Shown piece by piece: positions 42,836 through 52,818 of a stretch of DNA of 64,000 nucleotides (within the stretch, counting starts at the first letter, position 1; every line of letters starts with the position of its first letter). A program made the translations under genes and the position numbers. The stretch is from Verrucomicrobiota bacterium (GTDB lineage: Bacteria > Verrucomicrobiota > Verrucomicrobiia > Chthoniobacterales > Terrimicrobiaceae), in contig JAPLTF010000098.1 of the NCBI GenBank assembly GCA_026398275.1, forward strand, positions 6,174-70,173, given 5' to 3'. The notes under the pieces were generated by a model. That model saw nothing but the letters and a program-made list of their open reading frames with translations, ran no database searches and was not told the DNA's origin.

Positions 42836-45217
42836 TTGAAAAATTCTCTTCTACTGAAATATCCGGCCTCTTGGTGGGGGGCGATGTGGCGCGAGGCGCT
42901 TCCCTCTGGGAACGGACCCATCGGGGCGGCGGTTTACGGCGCGGTTCATGATGAGACGGTTTTGCTGACGCACGAAGATTTGTGGCACGGGGTGAAGACG
43001 CAGGAGATGCCCGACGTGAGCGGTAAGTTGCCGGAAGTGCGTGAGCTTCTTTTCAGCGGAAATCCACGGGCGGCTGACCGTATCCTCGCCGATGAATTGA
43101 ATCGCCTGGGTTACGGTCCGAATATCGGAAGTCCGCTGCCGCTGGGCGATTTGAAAATTCGAATGCCTGTGCAGAAGGGGTTCAGGAAGTATCGCCGATC
43201 TCTCAATATGGAGACCGGCGAGGTGTCTGTGTGCTGGGAGGACAATGGCGTTGCCTATGCCAGAAAGCTATTTGTTTCGCGCACGGAGGATTTGGTGGTG
43301 ATGGAGATCACCAGCGATGGAGGGCCGTTGACGGTCGAAGTGGCGCTGGATTTGCATGACCGATCAGACGCGCGGTCGTGGCTCACGGGCAATGCCACGT
43401 TGCCTCAAGAGATGGAGAGACGTGCTGAAGATTCGGGGATCATCCGCTATGCCGCCCGCAATGACGATGGGGCTGATTTTGGCGCTGTCGCCTGGGTTGT
43501 TTCCGGCGAGGGACTCTCCACGGCCGACTCCGGCGGCATTCGGGTGTTTGGCGGGGAGCGGGTTTTGGTGGTCGTGAAGCTTTTTGTGAAGGAAGACCGC
43601 CAGCTCGCGTGGGCGCGACTTGAGAACGAACTTGCCGACACGGCGATGGATTACAATGCGTTTCTGGCGCCGCATGCTGCCGCGCACGGCAGGCTTTTCA
43701 ACCGCGTGAAGCTTGACCTTGGAGGTTCGTCGGGAGACCGCCGGCTCTCCAATGAGGAACTCCTGCTTGAAGCTTATCAAGGGGAGGCTCCGACGGCCAT
43801 GGTGGAAAAGATGTGGGCCTATGGGCGTTATCTGCTGATCTCGTGTTCCCGCGAGGGCGGGCAGCCCTGCCACTTGCTGGGCAACTGGTGCGGCGAGTAT
43901 CGCGGGTTCTGGGCGTTCAACATGGCAAACGAAAATCTGCAGATGATTTACTGGCAGGCGCTCGCGGGTCACCTTCCTGAAGCGACCCTGCCGGTGTTCG
44001 ACTACTTCGACCGGATGCTTGGGGACTTCAGGGAAAATGCGCTCAAGCTCTTCGGCTGCCGGGGGATCTATGTTCCGGCCGTGACGACCCCGCCCTCGGG
44101 GCTCTTGAAGACGGTCATGCCGCACATCATCCACTGGACGGGTGCGGCGGCGTGGATCGCGCAGCACTACTACGATTATTTCCTCTACACCGGGGACGAA
44201 CGGTTTCTGCGCGAACGCGCACTGCCGTTTCTGCGCGAAACGGCACTTTTTTATGAGGATTTCTTCACGGTGGGGGAGGATGGTTTTTTTGTTAGTGCGC
44301 CGTCGAATTCCCCCGAGAACACGCCAGGCAATTTCTGGGATGGCCAAGGCATGGGTGCCGCGATGGAGACGACGATCAACGCGACGATGGATTTCGCGCT
44401 CGCCAAGGAGGTGCTTGCGCATCTCATCGAAGGGGCCAGGCTGACCGGCCAATTTTCGAACGAGCTGGAAAAATGGGAGCAGATGCTGACGCGGATTCCG
44501 CCTTACCAGATCAATGAGCACGGCGCGGTCAAGGAGTGGATGCATGCGTTTTTCAAGGACAACTACCACCACCGCCACCAGTCTCACATCTACCCGGTTT
44601 TTCCCGGCAATGAAGTGACAAGGGAATCGGATCCGGAGTTATTCCACGCGTTTGAGGTCGCGATTCGCATGCGCCAGGTCATCGGGCTGGGCGAGCAGAC
44701 CGGCTGGTCGCTGGCGCACATGGCAGGTGTCTATGCGCGGATGCAGGATGGTGATCGCGCCCTTGAGTGCCTCGATCTGCTCTCGCGATCCTGCGTGATG
44801 AACAATTTTTACACGACGCATAACGACTGGCGGCATATGGGAGTCGGGCTGGAAATGGAATGGGCACCGTTCCAGATTGACGCCAACATGGGTTGGTCGT
44901 CGGCGGTGCAGCAGATGCTCCTGGCGTCCTCTCCGGAGCGGATTGTGATCCTGCCGGCCTTGCCCGCCAGATGGAGGAAGGGGTCGATTACCGGCTTAAT
45001 GGCATGCGGAGGTGTCGAGGTGTCGATTTCGTGGGATTCGGACGCGCAAACCGCCCAAGTGCAGATTCTCTCCGCAGGCAAGGATCAGGTCGTCAGAATG
45101 GTGCCGCCTTTCAGCGAAGGAGATCCCGTCGTGGTGGAATTGCTCGCGGACCAACCTTGCTCGATCTCATTTCCAGGCAAACAGGCCGGTGCTCCGCGAG
45201 AGCTTGCTCCGGCATAA
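42836..45217 (+). CDS. GH95 alpha-L-fucosidase (1,2-alpha-L-fucosidase family), no signal peptide
   Basis: GH95 N-terminal signature LKYPASWWGAMWREALPSGNGPIGAAVYGAVHDETVLLTHEDLWHG. C-terminal signature APFQIDANMGWSSAVQQMLLAS...ILPALPARWRKGSITGLMACGGVEVSISW. The TTG start is the first in-frame start; the nearby ATGs are out of frame. Confidence 0.9.
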   Translation: MKNSLLLKYPASWWGAMWREALPSGNGPIGAAVYGAVHDETVLLTHEDLWHGVKTQEMPDVSGKLPEVRELLFSGNPRAADRILADELNRLGYGPNIGSPLPLGDLKIRMPVQKGFRKYRRSLNMETGEVSVCWEDNGVAYARKLFVSRTEDLVVMEITSDGGPLTVEVALDLHDRSDARSWLTGNATLPQEMERRAEDSGIIRYAARNDDGADFGAVAWVVSGEGLSTADSGGIRVFGGERVLVVVKLFVKEDRQLAWARLENELADTAMDYNAFLAPHAAAHGRLFNRVKLDLGGSSGDRRLSNEELLLEAYQGEAPTAMVEKMWAYGRYLLISCSREGGQPCHLLGNWCGEYRGFWAFNMANENLQMIYWQALAGHLPEATLPVFDYFDRMLGDFRENALKLFGCRGIYVPAVTTPPSGLLKTVMPHIIHWTGAAAWIAQHYYDYFLYTGDERFLRERALPFLRETALFYEDFFTVGEDGFFVSAPSNSPENTPGNFWDGQGMGAAMETTINATMDFALAKEVLAHLIEGARLTGQFSNELEKWEQMLTRIPPYQINEHGAVKEWMHAFFKDNYHHRHQSHIYPVFPGNEVTRESDPELFHAFEVAIRMRQVIGLGEQTGWSLAHMAGVYARMQDGDRALECLDLLSRSCVMNNFYTTHNDWRHMGVGLEMEWAPFQIDANMGWSSAVQQMLLASSPERIVILPALPARWRKGSITGLMACGGVEVSISWDSDAQTAQVQILSAGKDQVVRMVPPFSEGDPVVVELLADQPCSISFPGKQAGAPRELAPA

Positions 45218-45366
45218 TTCTCCCTAAACTCACGACCTCCCCCCGCCATGTATCACCGTCTCCAGACAAATATCCCGCCTGGCACCGAACCGGCTCCCGC
45301 TCGGGCAAGGCGGGCTGATCCTCAGGCTTCACATCCGTGGCCGGAATGCCCGGACACAAGACGGCC

Positions 45367-47055
45367 ATGAAACCTAAAGAGAAGGTATTTTTGGCGCTGG
45401 TGGCCGTGGCCGTGGTCCTTGTGCTTTCTCTCATTCCGACAAATCCGAAGTCCCAAGCGATGCTTTCCAAGCCGAGCCCCGTGGACTGGGAGAATGTGCG
45501 GGACGATCCGGAGCGGAAGCTGTCCGTGAGCTGGCAGGGTATCATCGGCCAGACCGGGGCCATGGAGGGATCCTGGATCGAGCAAAATCTGGAGAAGCGA
45601 TTCAACCTCGATCTGTCACCGGTGTTCATGGATGCCAATGCCTACCAGAAACGGCGGCCGCTGATGCTCATCGGGGGAGATGTTCCAGACGTCATGTGGT
45701 CTGGCGATCCGCTGGCCGTGAGGGCCAACCTGCGCAACGGTTTCATCATGGAGGTTCCTTATGAGGTGATCCTCAAGCACTGCCCGACCTATGTCAAAAT
45801 GGTCAACAAATTCGGCAAGGAGGCATGGATTTACGCGCAGTATCAGGGACGGAACTACGGTCTGCCAACGGTCAGTGCTGGAGCCGACCGCCCACGCATC
45901 GGCTCTTGGCGCATGGACTGGCTCAGGAAGGTCGGTATCGACAAGGTGCCCGGGACGGTGGAGGAAATGCACGAGGCGCTCCGCCGGATTCGTTATAATG
46001 ATCCGGATGGCAACGGCCGGCAGGACACCTATGGATGGTGCCCGAACATCAGCCACTGGTCGCTGGCTTTTGCGGAGGTCTTCGCTGCCTATGACGTTCT
46101 GCCCTTCGACCTGATGGAGCGCGAGGGAAAGGTCGTCTGGGGGGGGCTCCTGCCGGAAACCAAGGAGGCGCTGCGCGAGCTGCGGAAGTGGTATCAGGAG
46201 GGGCTCCTGGATCCGGATTTTCCTCTTGATACCCAGGGGCGTAACGTCGAGAGCGTCTTTACCAACGGCAAGGTCGGGTATGTTTATCCGATCGACTTTC
46301 CGTGGTATTATCAACCGGACGAGAAGGATTCGTTTTACGGGAGACTTCGCGCCTTTGATCCGGGCGCCGAACTGGCGCCGGGGCCACCGCTCCACGACCG
46401 GAATGGCCAGCGGCGCGGCCGGAGCTGGGGGGGAGGTGCCCACATCATGCAATTCGGCAAGCACCTCGAGCACCAGCCCGAGAAGGTGGTCCGAGTGCTC
46501 AAAATGATGGAGGCCATTGCGGTCAACGAGGAGCTTTATCTCGAGACGCGCAACGGAAAGCGCGGTTTGCATTGGGACTACAATCCCGCGGCCTATTTGA
46601 AGCCCGGTGGAAAAGTGCAAAAGGAGGGCATCAACCTCCTGCCGCCCTACGATGACGATAACCGCGGGCGGGAAAACTCCGCCGAGCTGCTCGGGGGCAA
46701 TAACATATTCTTTTTTCCCAGCTCGTTCGAGCCCGTCTACGACGAGCAGCTCATGTCCGCCGCTGACCGCGAGTGGCTCCATCGGAACCGGCGTAAGGAA
46801 TGGGGCATGACAAATGCGCTGGGGAAATCCGATGTCGTTCCTTCGTCCGGCCGCTATCTGGGGGACCTCGTCAACTACCAGATGACCACGTTCATCGAAA
46901 TGGTGATCGGCAAGCGCGACGTCGAGGAGTTCGACTCCTTCGTCAAGGAATGGCGGCGCCGCGGCGGCGACGTGATTCTCGAACAGTCCAATGAAATGTC
47001 CCGGCAGATCCGGACGATCTATGATCTTGTGGGCGTCAAGAAGGAGGGGGAATGA
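45367..47055 (+). CDS. ABC transporter extracellular solute-binding protein (large LplA-type, CUT1 family), membrane-anchored
   Basis: MKPKEKVFLALVAVAVVLVLSLIP anchor, then a ~540-aa soluble domain. It is immediately followed, with an ATGA overlap, by two CUT1 permease genes. The ORF also opens at the GTG at 45337. Confidence 0.85.
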   Translation: MKPKEKVFLALVAVAVVLVLSLIPTNPKSQAMLSKPSPVDWENVRDDPERKLSVSWQGIIGQTGAMEGSWIEQNLEKRFNLDLSPVFMDANAYQKRRPLMLIGGDVPDVMWSGDPLAVRANLRNGFIMEVPYEVILKHCPTYVKMVNKFGKEAWIYAQYQGRNYGLPTVSAGADRPRIGSWRMDWLRKVGIDKVPGTVEEMHEALRRIRYNDPDGNGRQDTYGWCPNISHWSLAFAEVFAAYDVLPFDLMEREGKVVWGGLLPETKEALRELRKWYQEGLLDPDFPLDTQGRNVESVFTNGKVGYVYPIDFPWYYQPDEKDSFYGRLRAFDPGAELAPGPPLHDRNGQRRGRSWGGGAHIMQFGKHLEHQPEKVVRVLKMMEAIAVNEELYLETRNGKRGLHWDYNPAAYLKPGGKVQKEGINLLPPYDDDNRGRENSAELLGGNNIFFFPSSFEPVYDEQLMSAADREWLHRNRRKEWGMTNALGKSDVVPSSGRYLGDLVNYQMTTFIEMVIGKRDVEEFDSFVKEWRRRGGDVILEQSNEMSRQIRTIYDLVGVKKEGE

Positions 47056-47975
47056 GTGATAAAGCAGATCGTCCAGCAAGGGGAATTCAATACAGACGGA
47101 ATCTCGGGCTCATCTCCATGGCCCTGCCGCTGGTTGGTTTTTTTCTTCTCTTCCACTACGTCCCCATGCTGGGGCTGGTCATCGCGTTCAAGGACTACGT
47201 CATCAGCGACGGCCTATTCGGAAGCGCTTGGGTCGGATGGGATAACTTTGCGCGGCTGTTCAGCAGTGAGGACTTTCCAAAAGCCGTCCGGAATACGCTT
47301 ATGATCAGCGTCCTGCGCCTTGTCTGCGGATTTTTTACCCCGGTGATCCTTGCCCTGCTGCTGAACGAGGTGCGAATGGCCGGCTACAAGCGTTCGATTC
47401 AGACCCTGACCTACCTGCCGCACTTCTTTTCGTGGGTCATTCTGGGCGGCATCTTTCTCATGATCTTCGGAGGAGGAGGACCGGTCAATTCTGCGGTCAA
47501 GCTGTTCGGGGTGGAGCCGGTCTCTTTCCTCACCGATGATGCCGCCTTCATCGCGATCCTGATCGTGACCGGGATCTGGCAGGGAGCGGGTTGGGGGGCA
47601 ATCATCTATCTGGCTTCCCTCTCCGGGATCAGTCCGGATCTCTATGAGGCCGCGGTCATCGACGGGGCCAACCGCTGGAAGCAGACCCTGCACATCACCC
47701 TTCCCAGCCTGGTGCCGACGATGATAACGCTCTTCATCCTGTCACTGGGGGGCATTATGACGGCAGGCTTCGACCAGATCTACAACATGTATAATCCGCT
47801 GGTTTTTAACGTTGCCGATATTATCGACACCTACGTGCTTCGGCGCCTGATGGGGCTCGACCTGAGTCTCGCAACCGCCGCGGGAATGTTTCAAGGCATT
47901 GTCGGCATGGTGCTGATTGTCGGGGCTAATATCTTTGCGCGAAAGATCAGCAAAGGGGAGCAGGGGGTATGGTGA
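47052..47975 (+). CDS. carbohydrate ABC transporter permease (MalF/LplB-like)
   Basis: 307 aa with six hydrophobic segments. The EAA-loop motif is LYEAAVIDGANRWKQTLHITLPSL. Confidence 0.9.
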   Translation: MSDKADRPARGIQYRRNLGLISMALPLVGFFLLFHYVPMLGLVIAFKDYVISDGLFGSAWVGWDNFARLFSSEDFPKAVRNTLMISVLRLVCGFFTPVILALLLNEVRMAGYKRSIQTLTYLPHFFSWVILGGIFLMIFGGGGPVNSAVKLFGVEPVSFLTDDAAFIAILIVTGIWQGAGWGAIIYLASLSGISPDLYEAAVIDGANRWKQTLHITLPSLVPTMITLFILSLGGIMTAGFDQIYNMYNPLVFNVADIIDTYVLRRLMGLDLSLATAAGMFQGIVGMVLIVGANIFARKISKGEQGVW

Positions 47976-48015
47976 AGCGCTCTTTGAACATCGTTCGTAA
48001 CGGAGGTCCCCGGGC

Positions 48016-48888
48016 ATGAAACAAAGCAGAGGCGAGAAGCTGTTTAATGTGGCCAACATCGTGGTGCTGGGCGGGATCGCCCTGCTCTGCCTCTACCCGT
48101 TTCTCTACACCCTCTCGCTGAGCCTGAGTTCGGCCAAGGAGGCCAGCCGCGACGGGCTGCATCTCTACCCGGCGGAGCTATCGCTGACCAGCTACCAGAT
48201 GGTGCTGACGAATCCGAATATCCTCACCGGCTACATCAATACCATTGTCCGGACGCTCCTCGGCACGACCCTCACCCTGCTGGCCACCTGCGTTGCCGCC
48301 TATCCGCTTTCCCGGCGCGAGATGCCGCACCGCTCCCTGATCACCTTTCTCATCGTGTTCACCATGCTCTTCGGTGGCGGGATGGTTCCGAGCTACCTGC
48401 TCATGAAGAACCTCGGACTCATCAATACGATCTGGGTCCTCGTCGTCCCCGGGATGCTGAGCGCATTCAATATCATCATCGTAAAAAACTATTTTCAGTC
48501 GCTGCCTGAATCGCTCACCGAGTCCGCGCGCATCGACGGTGCCGGCGAATGGAGGATCCTGTTCCAAATCTATCTTCCGCTCTCCAAGCCGGTGCTCGCC
48601 ACCGTTGCTCTCTGGTCCGCCGTCGGGCACTGGAATTCGTGGTTTGATGCTCTGTTATATATCACGGAGGACCGGAAGCAGGTTCTCCAGACGTTCCTGC
48701 AGAGGATCGTGATCGAGAGCAGCACGCAGATGATGGAGCTGGGGATTACCGATGCCCAGATGCAGTTCACCTCGGAGACGATCAAAGCCGCCACGATTAT
48801 CATCACGATCCTGCCGATTATTATGGTGTATCCGTTCATCCAAAGGCACTTCGTCAAGGGCATCATGCTCGGAGGTGTGAAAGAGTAG
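48016..48888 (+). CDS. carbohydrate ABC transporter permease (MalG/LplC-like)
   Basis: 290 aa. The EAA-loop motif is LTESARIDGAGEWRILFQIYLPLSKP. Confidence 0.9.
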   Translation: MKQSRGEKLFNVANIVVLGGIALLCLYPFLYTLSLSLSSAKEASRDGLHLYPAELSLTSYQMVLTNPNILTGYINTIVRTLLGTTLTLLATCVAAYPLSRREMPHRSLITFLIVFTMLFGGGMVPSYLLMKNLGLINTIWVLVVPGMLSAFNIIIVKNYFQSLPESLTESARIDGAGEWRILFQIYLPLSKPVLATVALWSAVGHWNSWFDALLYITEDRKQVLQTFLQRIVIESSTQMMELGITDAQMQFTSETIKAATIIITILPIIMVYPFIQRHFVKGIMLGGVKE

Positions 48889-48996
48889 GATGGTTTCGTT
48901 CCCGAGAGAAACCACTATCGCTGAATCTGAACAGACACCTTTTCACCGTGGCCCACTTGCCAGTCTAATTTCTGTTGAATCGGGACTTTCCCACCC

Positions 48997-50637
48997 ATGA
49001 ACCGTATCCAGCCCAACCTTCTCTTCATCATTTGCGACGATCTCGCTTACGGGGATCTTTCCGCGCACGGAAACCCGATCTGCCGCACTCCGCATCTCGA
49101 CGGCATCGCCAGGGACGGGGTCTCCGCTCAGCGCCATCTCAGCGGCCCGCTCTGCTCCCCGGCGCGGGGCTGCCTCCTGACCGGTCGCTACCATTACCGG
49201 AGCCGGGTGGTTGATACCTACTGTGGCCGGAGCATCATGGACGCAGCGGAAGTCACCCTTGCGGACTATTTGCGCGCCTCCGGCTACCGGACCGGTTGTT
49301 TTGGCAAATGGCACTTGGGCGACACGTATCCCTTTCGTCCGGAGGACCGCGGGTTTGACGAAACTGTCTGGCACCTTGGCGGCGGCATCGGGCAGCCGGG
49401 CGACCATCCCGGCAACTATGGGCGCGAGAGCTATTTCGATCCCGTGCTCTGCCGCAACGGACAATTCGAAAGCTTCGAAGGCTATTGCACGGACATTTTC
49501 AGTAGTGAGGCGATGGGCTTTATCCGCCGCAATAAGGAGCGTCCGTGGTTCGCCTACCTGGCCTTCAACGCGCCGCACGGGCCTTTGCAGGTCGATCCTG
49601 TCGCAGCATCTGCCATGGCCACGCGTGGCGCCACCGGAGATCTGCCGGCGCTCTACGCCATGGTGGAGAATATCGACGCGAATGTCGGAAGGCTGCTCGC
49701 CGCGCTGGACGAGGCGGGACTGAGTGACAACACGGTGGTCGTCTTCACCAGCGACCATGGACCTTGTCCCTCGGTTCGCGACGGAGATGGGCGGCCGCGC
49801 TTCAATGCCGGCTTGCGAGGGGAGAAGGGATCCGTTTACGAGGGGGGAGTCCGCGTCCCCTGCCTCTGGCGGGGGCCGGGGCTGCCAAGCGGGAGCTTGG
49901 TGACCGAGCCGACCCACGCCATCGACATCCTTCCGACTTTCCTCTCGCTGGCGGGAGGTGCGGTTCAGCCGGATAGCCCGCCGCTCGACGGCAAAAACAT
50001 TCTGCCCCTGCTGGATGCCACATGCCCTCCGGATGCCTGGCCTGATCGGCCGCTCTTCCTGCAATGGCACCGCGGGGATCAACCGACGGCTTTCCGCAAT
50101 GCGATGGTCGTGACCCGCGACCGCAAATGGATTTCCGTTTCTGCGGCGGGTCCCGAGGAAATTTACGACGTCGCAAACGACCCTGGGGAAACGCACGATC
50201 TGGCGGCGGCCGAGCCGGAGCAAACCGCCCGGATGCGGGCGGCCTACGAAGATTGGTTCCGCGAGGTGTCAGGAAACCACCGATTCGCTCCCGTGTCCCT
50301 ACCGTTGGCCGCCGCAGGCTTGCCTTTGCGCCTCACGCGCCAGGATTGGCGTGTTTGCGGCGAGGACGGTTGGAGCCCGCAGACCAAGGCGCGATGGGTG
50401 CTGGCGATCGAGGAGGCCGGGACTTACGAGTTCAGGATCCAGTTCGACTCCGCGCCGGGCGAACGGGGTGCCGTCTTTCTGAGGGTGGGGGATGTTTCCG
50501 CCGTGGCGTCCGCTGTCGCCGATGTGGCGGTCTATCGCTTCACCGTGCAGTTGGCTGCCGGACCAGCGGAGCTCCAAGCCGGATGGCAGACGCTCTACCA
50601 CGAAGGGTCCCCCTTTGCCGTGGAGATCGACCGCTGA
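48997..50637 (+). CDS. formylglycine-dependent sulfatase (arylsulfatase family S1), no signal peptide
   Basis: MNRIQPNLLFIICDDLAYGDLSAHGNP... carries the metal-binding DD. LCSPARGCLLTGR is the C-x-P-x-R formylglycine motif. GKWHLGD, AFNAPHGP and VVVFTSDHGP are also present. The N-terminus has no hydrophobic h-region. Confidence 0.9.
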   Translation: MNRIQPNLLFIICDDLAYGDLSAHGNPICRTPHLDGIARDGVSAQRHLSGPLCSPARGCLLTGRYHYRSRVVDTYCGRSIMDAAEVTLADYLRASGYRTGCFGKWHLGDTYPFRPEDRGFDETVWHLGGGIGQPGDHPGNYGRESYFDPVLCRNGQFESFEGYCTDIFSSEAMGFIRRNKERPWFAYLAFNAPHGPLQVDPVAASAMATRGATGDLPALYAMVENIDANVGRLLAALDEAGLSDNTVVVFTSDHGPCPSVRDGDGRPRFNAGLRGEKGSVYEGGVRVPCLWRGPGLPSGSLVTEPTHAIDILPTFLSLAGGAVQPDSPPLDGKNILPLLDATCPPDAWPDRPLFLQWHRGDQPTAFRNAMVVTRDRKWISVSAAGPEEIYDVANDPGETHDLAAAEPEQTARMRAAYEDWFREVSGNHRFAPVSLPLAAAGLPLRLTRQDWRVCGEDGWSPQTKARWVLAIEEAGTYEFRIQFDSAPGERGAVFLRVGDVSAVASAVADVAVYRFTVQLAAGPAELQAGWQTLYHEGSPFAVEIDR

Positions 50638-50639
50638 AT

Positions 50640-51446
50640 TTACTTCACTTCGAGGACCACGCCCGGCTCGTTTTCCAGCAGTTTCGCGTTTCCCGCAGCA
50701 AAGCCCACCAGATCCACCTTGAAGCTGGCCGCCAGCGGCTTGTCGGCCTTGATAAGCGTGAATTTCCCCGGCTTTGTCCCCGGCCCACCGGCTTCCACCG
50801 TGAGCGCGGCGCCTGACTCGATGGTGATGTCAGCGGCACTTGCATTTACCGTTGGAAAACCGGCGTTGCCGCCCGTGAAGCGAAGCGCGCCCTGGCTGCC
50901 GATCACCAGCTTTTGGCGGACTGTCACGACCTCGCCGGTTCCCATCATATTGAGATTTCCCGGGCCCGCCATCCCCGCTTTTAAGGTGTCTGTTTCCAGC
51001 TTTCCTCCGTTCAGATCGTAGGTGGCATCAATCGCCTCCGGGATCAGGCTCGCAAGGCTGAGTTCCGTGACAGAAACGACACCTGCACTTTGCTCGACTC
51101 TGCCGGAGGTTTGCGTATGGACTGCTACCGCGAGGTGTTTTACTCGAAAATCGGCATTGATGGTCAAGGTGCCGTCTGGCGGTTCGGAAGTGCCATTGCT
51201 GACCTGAACGGAGATCGGCGCTTCGAATGCCTGATCCACGATGCCGGAGTGTCCCCCATTAATAATTGCCATTGCGTTCTCTTCACTCGGTATCGCACCG
51301 TTTTGCCAGCTGCTCGCATCGTTCCAGTCGGCATTCTTTTTTATGATACAGTCAAAAAGGGTTTCTTGAGCAAGGCACGCCGGGGCGAAAATACCCAACG
51401 TGACGGAAACTGCGATAAGTGGCGATTTGAAGAGGGGGAGGTTCAT
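50640..51446 (-). CDS. secreted protein of unknown function (268 aa)
   Basis: Signal peptide MNLPLFKSPLIAVSVTLGIFAPACLA, followed by a Gly/Thr/Ala-rich beta-strand-like sequence. It is divergent from the LacI gene. Confidence 0.65.
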   Translation of the reverse strand: MNLPLFKSPLIAVSVTLGIFAPACLAQETLFDCIIKKNADWNDASSWQNGAIPSEENAMAIINGGHSGIVDQAFEAPISVQVSNGTSEPPDGTLTINADFRVKHLAVAVHTQTSGRVEQSAGVVSVTELSLASLIPEAIDATYDLNGGKLETDTLKAGMAGPGNLNMMGTGEVVTVRQKLVIGSQGALRFTGGNAGFPTVNASAADITIESGAALTVEAGGPGTKPGKFTLIKADKPLAASFKVDLVGFAAGNAKLLENEPGVVLEVK

Positions 51447-51618
51447 AGGAATGATGATAATAACATATTATTGATCAGTTGCACCGATGCGGGAGTCAAG
51501 CCTTTTCCGAGCGCTGGCTTGACGGAGTTTTCGATTCCGATACGATACGCATAACATATATCGACCGGCTCAGGTGACTTTAAGCGGGTTGACTAACTTA
51601 AATAGAGACGGAAATCCG

Positions 51619-52650
51619 ATGCGAAAGCCAGTGGAACGAGCCAGTATGAAAGTGATCGCCGACGAAGTCGGCTTGTCGATGATGACTGTGTCGCGGGTTC
51701 TCAGCGGAAATGGTGTGGTGGCCCCGGCGACAGCCCAAAAGATCCAGAAGGTTGCCGAGCGGTTGAAATATCGCCCCAATCGCCTTGTCCGGGCGGTGAA
51801 AACCGGCCGCTCCGGGCTGATTGGTGTTGTGATGCCCTCCGGGCTCGGCAGTTTTTATGGCGGCGTGCTGAGCGGAATTCACGACTATTTTGCCGGGCAG
51901 GACACCAGCATCCTGCTCTCGCAGGTTCACGGGGACCAAGGGGAGGGGGCCATCGAGGACGAGTTGAAAGCCCTTCACCGGCTGATTGAGATGCGCGTGG
52001 ATGGGATTATTTTGCGTCCGGCCAACGATGAGGCGACCCCCCACTATTTTGAGGAGATCCTCGACCGGGGGATGCCTCTGGTGGTGATCGACCGCTATCT
52101 CCCGAGTTTTCCGTGCGATTTCGTTGGCACCGATGATGTTGGCGGTGGGGAAGAGGCGGCGTCACGCTTGCTCGCCCGCGGCTTGAAAAACCTGCTCCTC
52201 ATCACGGCTGGCGATATGGTCGGCACCAGCCGTGACCGGGCGATGGGATTCCGGAATCACCTGAAAAGCAGCGGGGCTGATGTCACGCTCGACAGCTTGG
52301 CTTGCCCGAGTTTCAGCCCGAATGAAGACCTCATCCTCAAGCACCTCCGCGCCTCAGGCAAACCCGTGGACGGGATCTTCGCGATTAGCGACAGCCTGGG
52401 CCTCGGCTGCTTCCGGGCGCTGCGGAAGCTGAACCGGCGCATCCCGGAGGATGTGGCGCTCGTCGGGTTTGGTGCCGTGGGCGCGAGCGATGGGTATACA
52501 TTTCCGTTCTCCACCTTCGATCAGCACCCAGAGATTATCGGGAAAAGCTCCGGGGAACTCCTCGACAAACGGATCGCCAATAACGGATCCAGGGTCTTGC
52601 CAAAGCAAACGGTCCGACTCCAGGCCTCCTTCATCGACCGGGGGACGTGA
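51619..52650 (+). CDS. LacI-family transcriptional regulator
   Basis: MRKPVERASMKVIADEVGLSMMTVSRVLSGNGVVAPATAQKIQKVAERLKYRPNRLVRAVKTGRSGLIGVVMP is the HTH. The remainder is collinear with the 8272..9303 paralog. The ORF track opens at 51574 with a non-ATG start. Confidence 0.9.
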   Translation: MRKPVERASMKVIADEVGLSMMTVSRVLSGNGVVAPATAQKIQKVAERLKYRPNRLVRAVKTGRSGLIGVVMPSGLGSFYGGVLSGIHDYFAGQDTSILLSQVHGDQGEGAIEDELKALHRLIEMRVDGIILRPANDEATPHYFEEILDRGMPLVVIDRYLPSFPCDFVGTDDVGGGEEAASRLLARGLKNLLLITAGDMVGTSRDRAMGFRNHLKSSGADVTLDSLACPSFSPNEDLILKHLRASGKPVDGIFAISDSLGLGCFRALRKLNRRIPEDVALVGFGAVGASDGYTFPFSTFDQHPEIIGKSSGELLDKRIANNGSRVLPKQTVRLQASFIDRGT

Positions 52651-52732
52651 CAGGCTGCGGATCGAAACGCCGCACAACTTTTTCGAGGTAATTCCCCCTT
52701 GTTTCTTACCGTAAAAAAAATGAATAAAACCC

Positions 52733-52759
52733 TTGACGGATGGGAATGTTTAACTTAAC
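52733..52759 (+). promoter_or_regulatory. TTGACG followed by AT-rich element GTTTAACTTAAC
   Basis: TTGACG is at 52733-52738 and GTTTAACTTAAC at 52748-52759. It lies 60 bp upstream of the adhesin ATG (52819). The element is related to those at 42770, 56280 and 61297. Confidence 0.3.
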
Positions 52760-52818
52760 AATTTGGAAACTAGCAATTTCTTCCCCGCCAAAACAGCCCC
52801 CTACCACAAGCATCTCCT

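Noticed and set aside
52651-52700. Short hairpin TGCGG-N9-CCGCA followed by CAACTTTTT after the LacI gene as a terminator
   Set aside because: The stem is only 5 bp and the loop is long, so it falls below what I would accept as an intrinsic terminator without an energy calculation.
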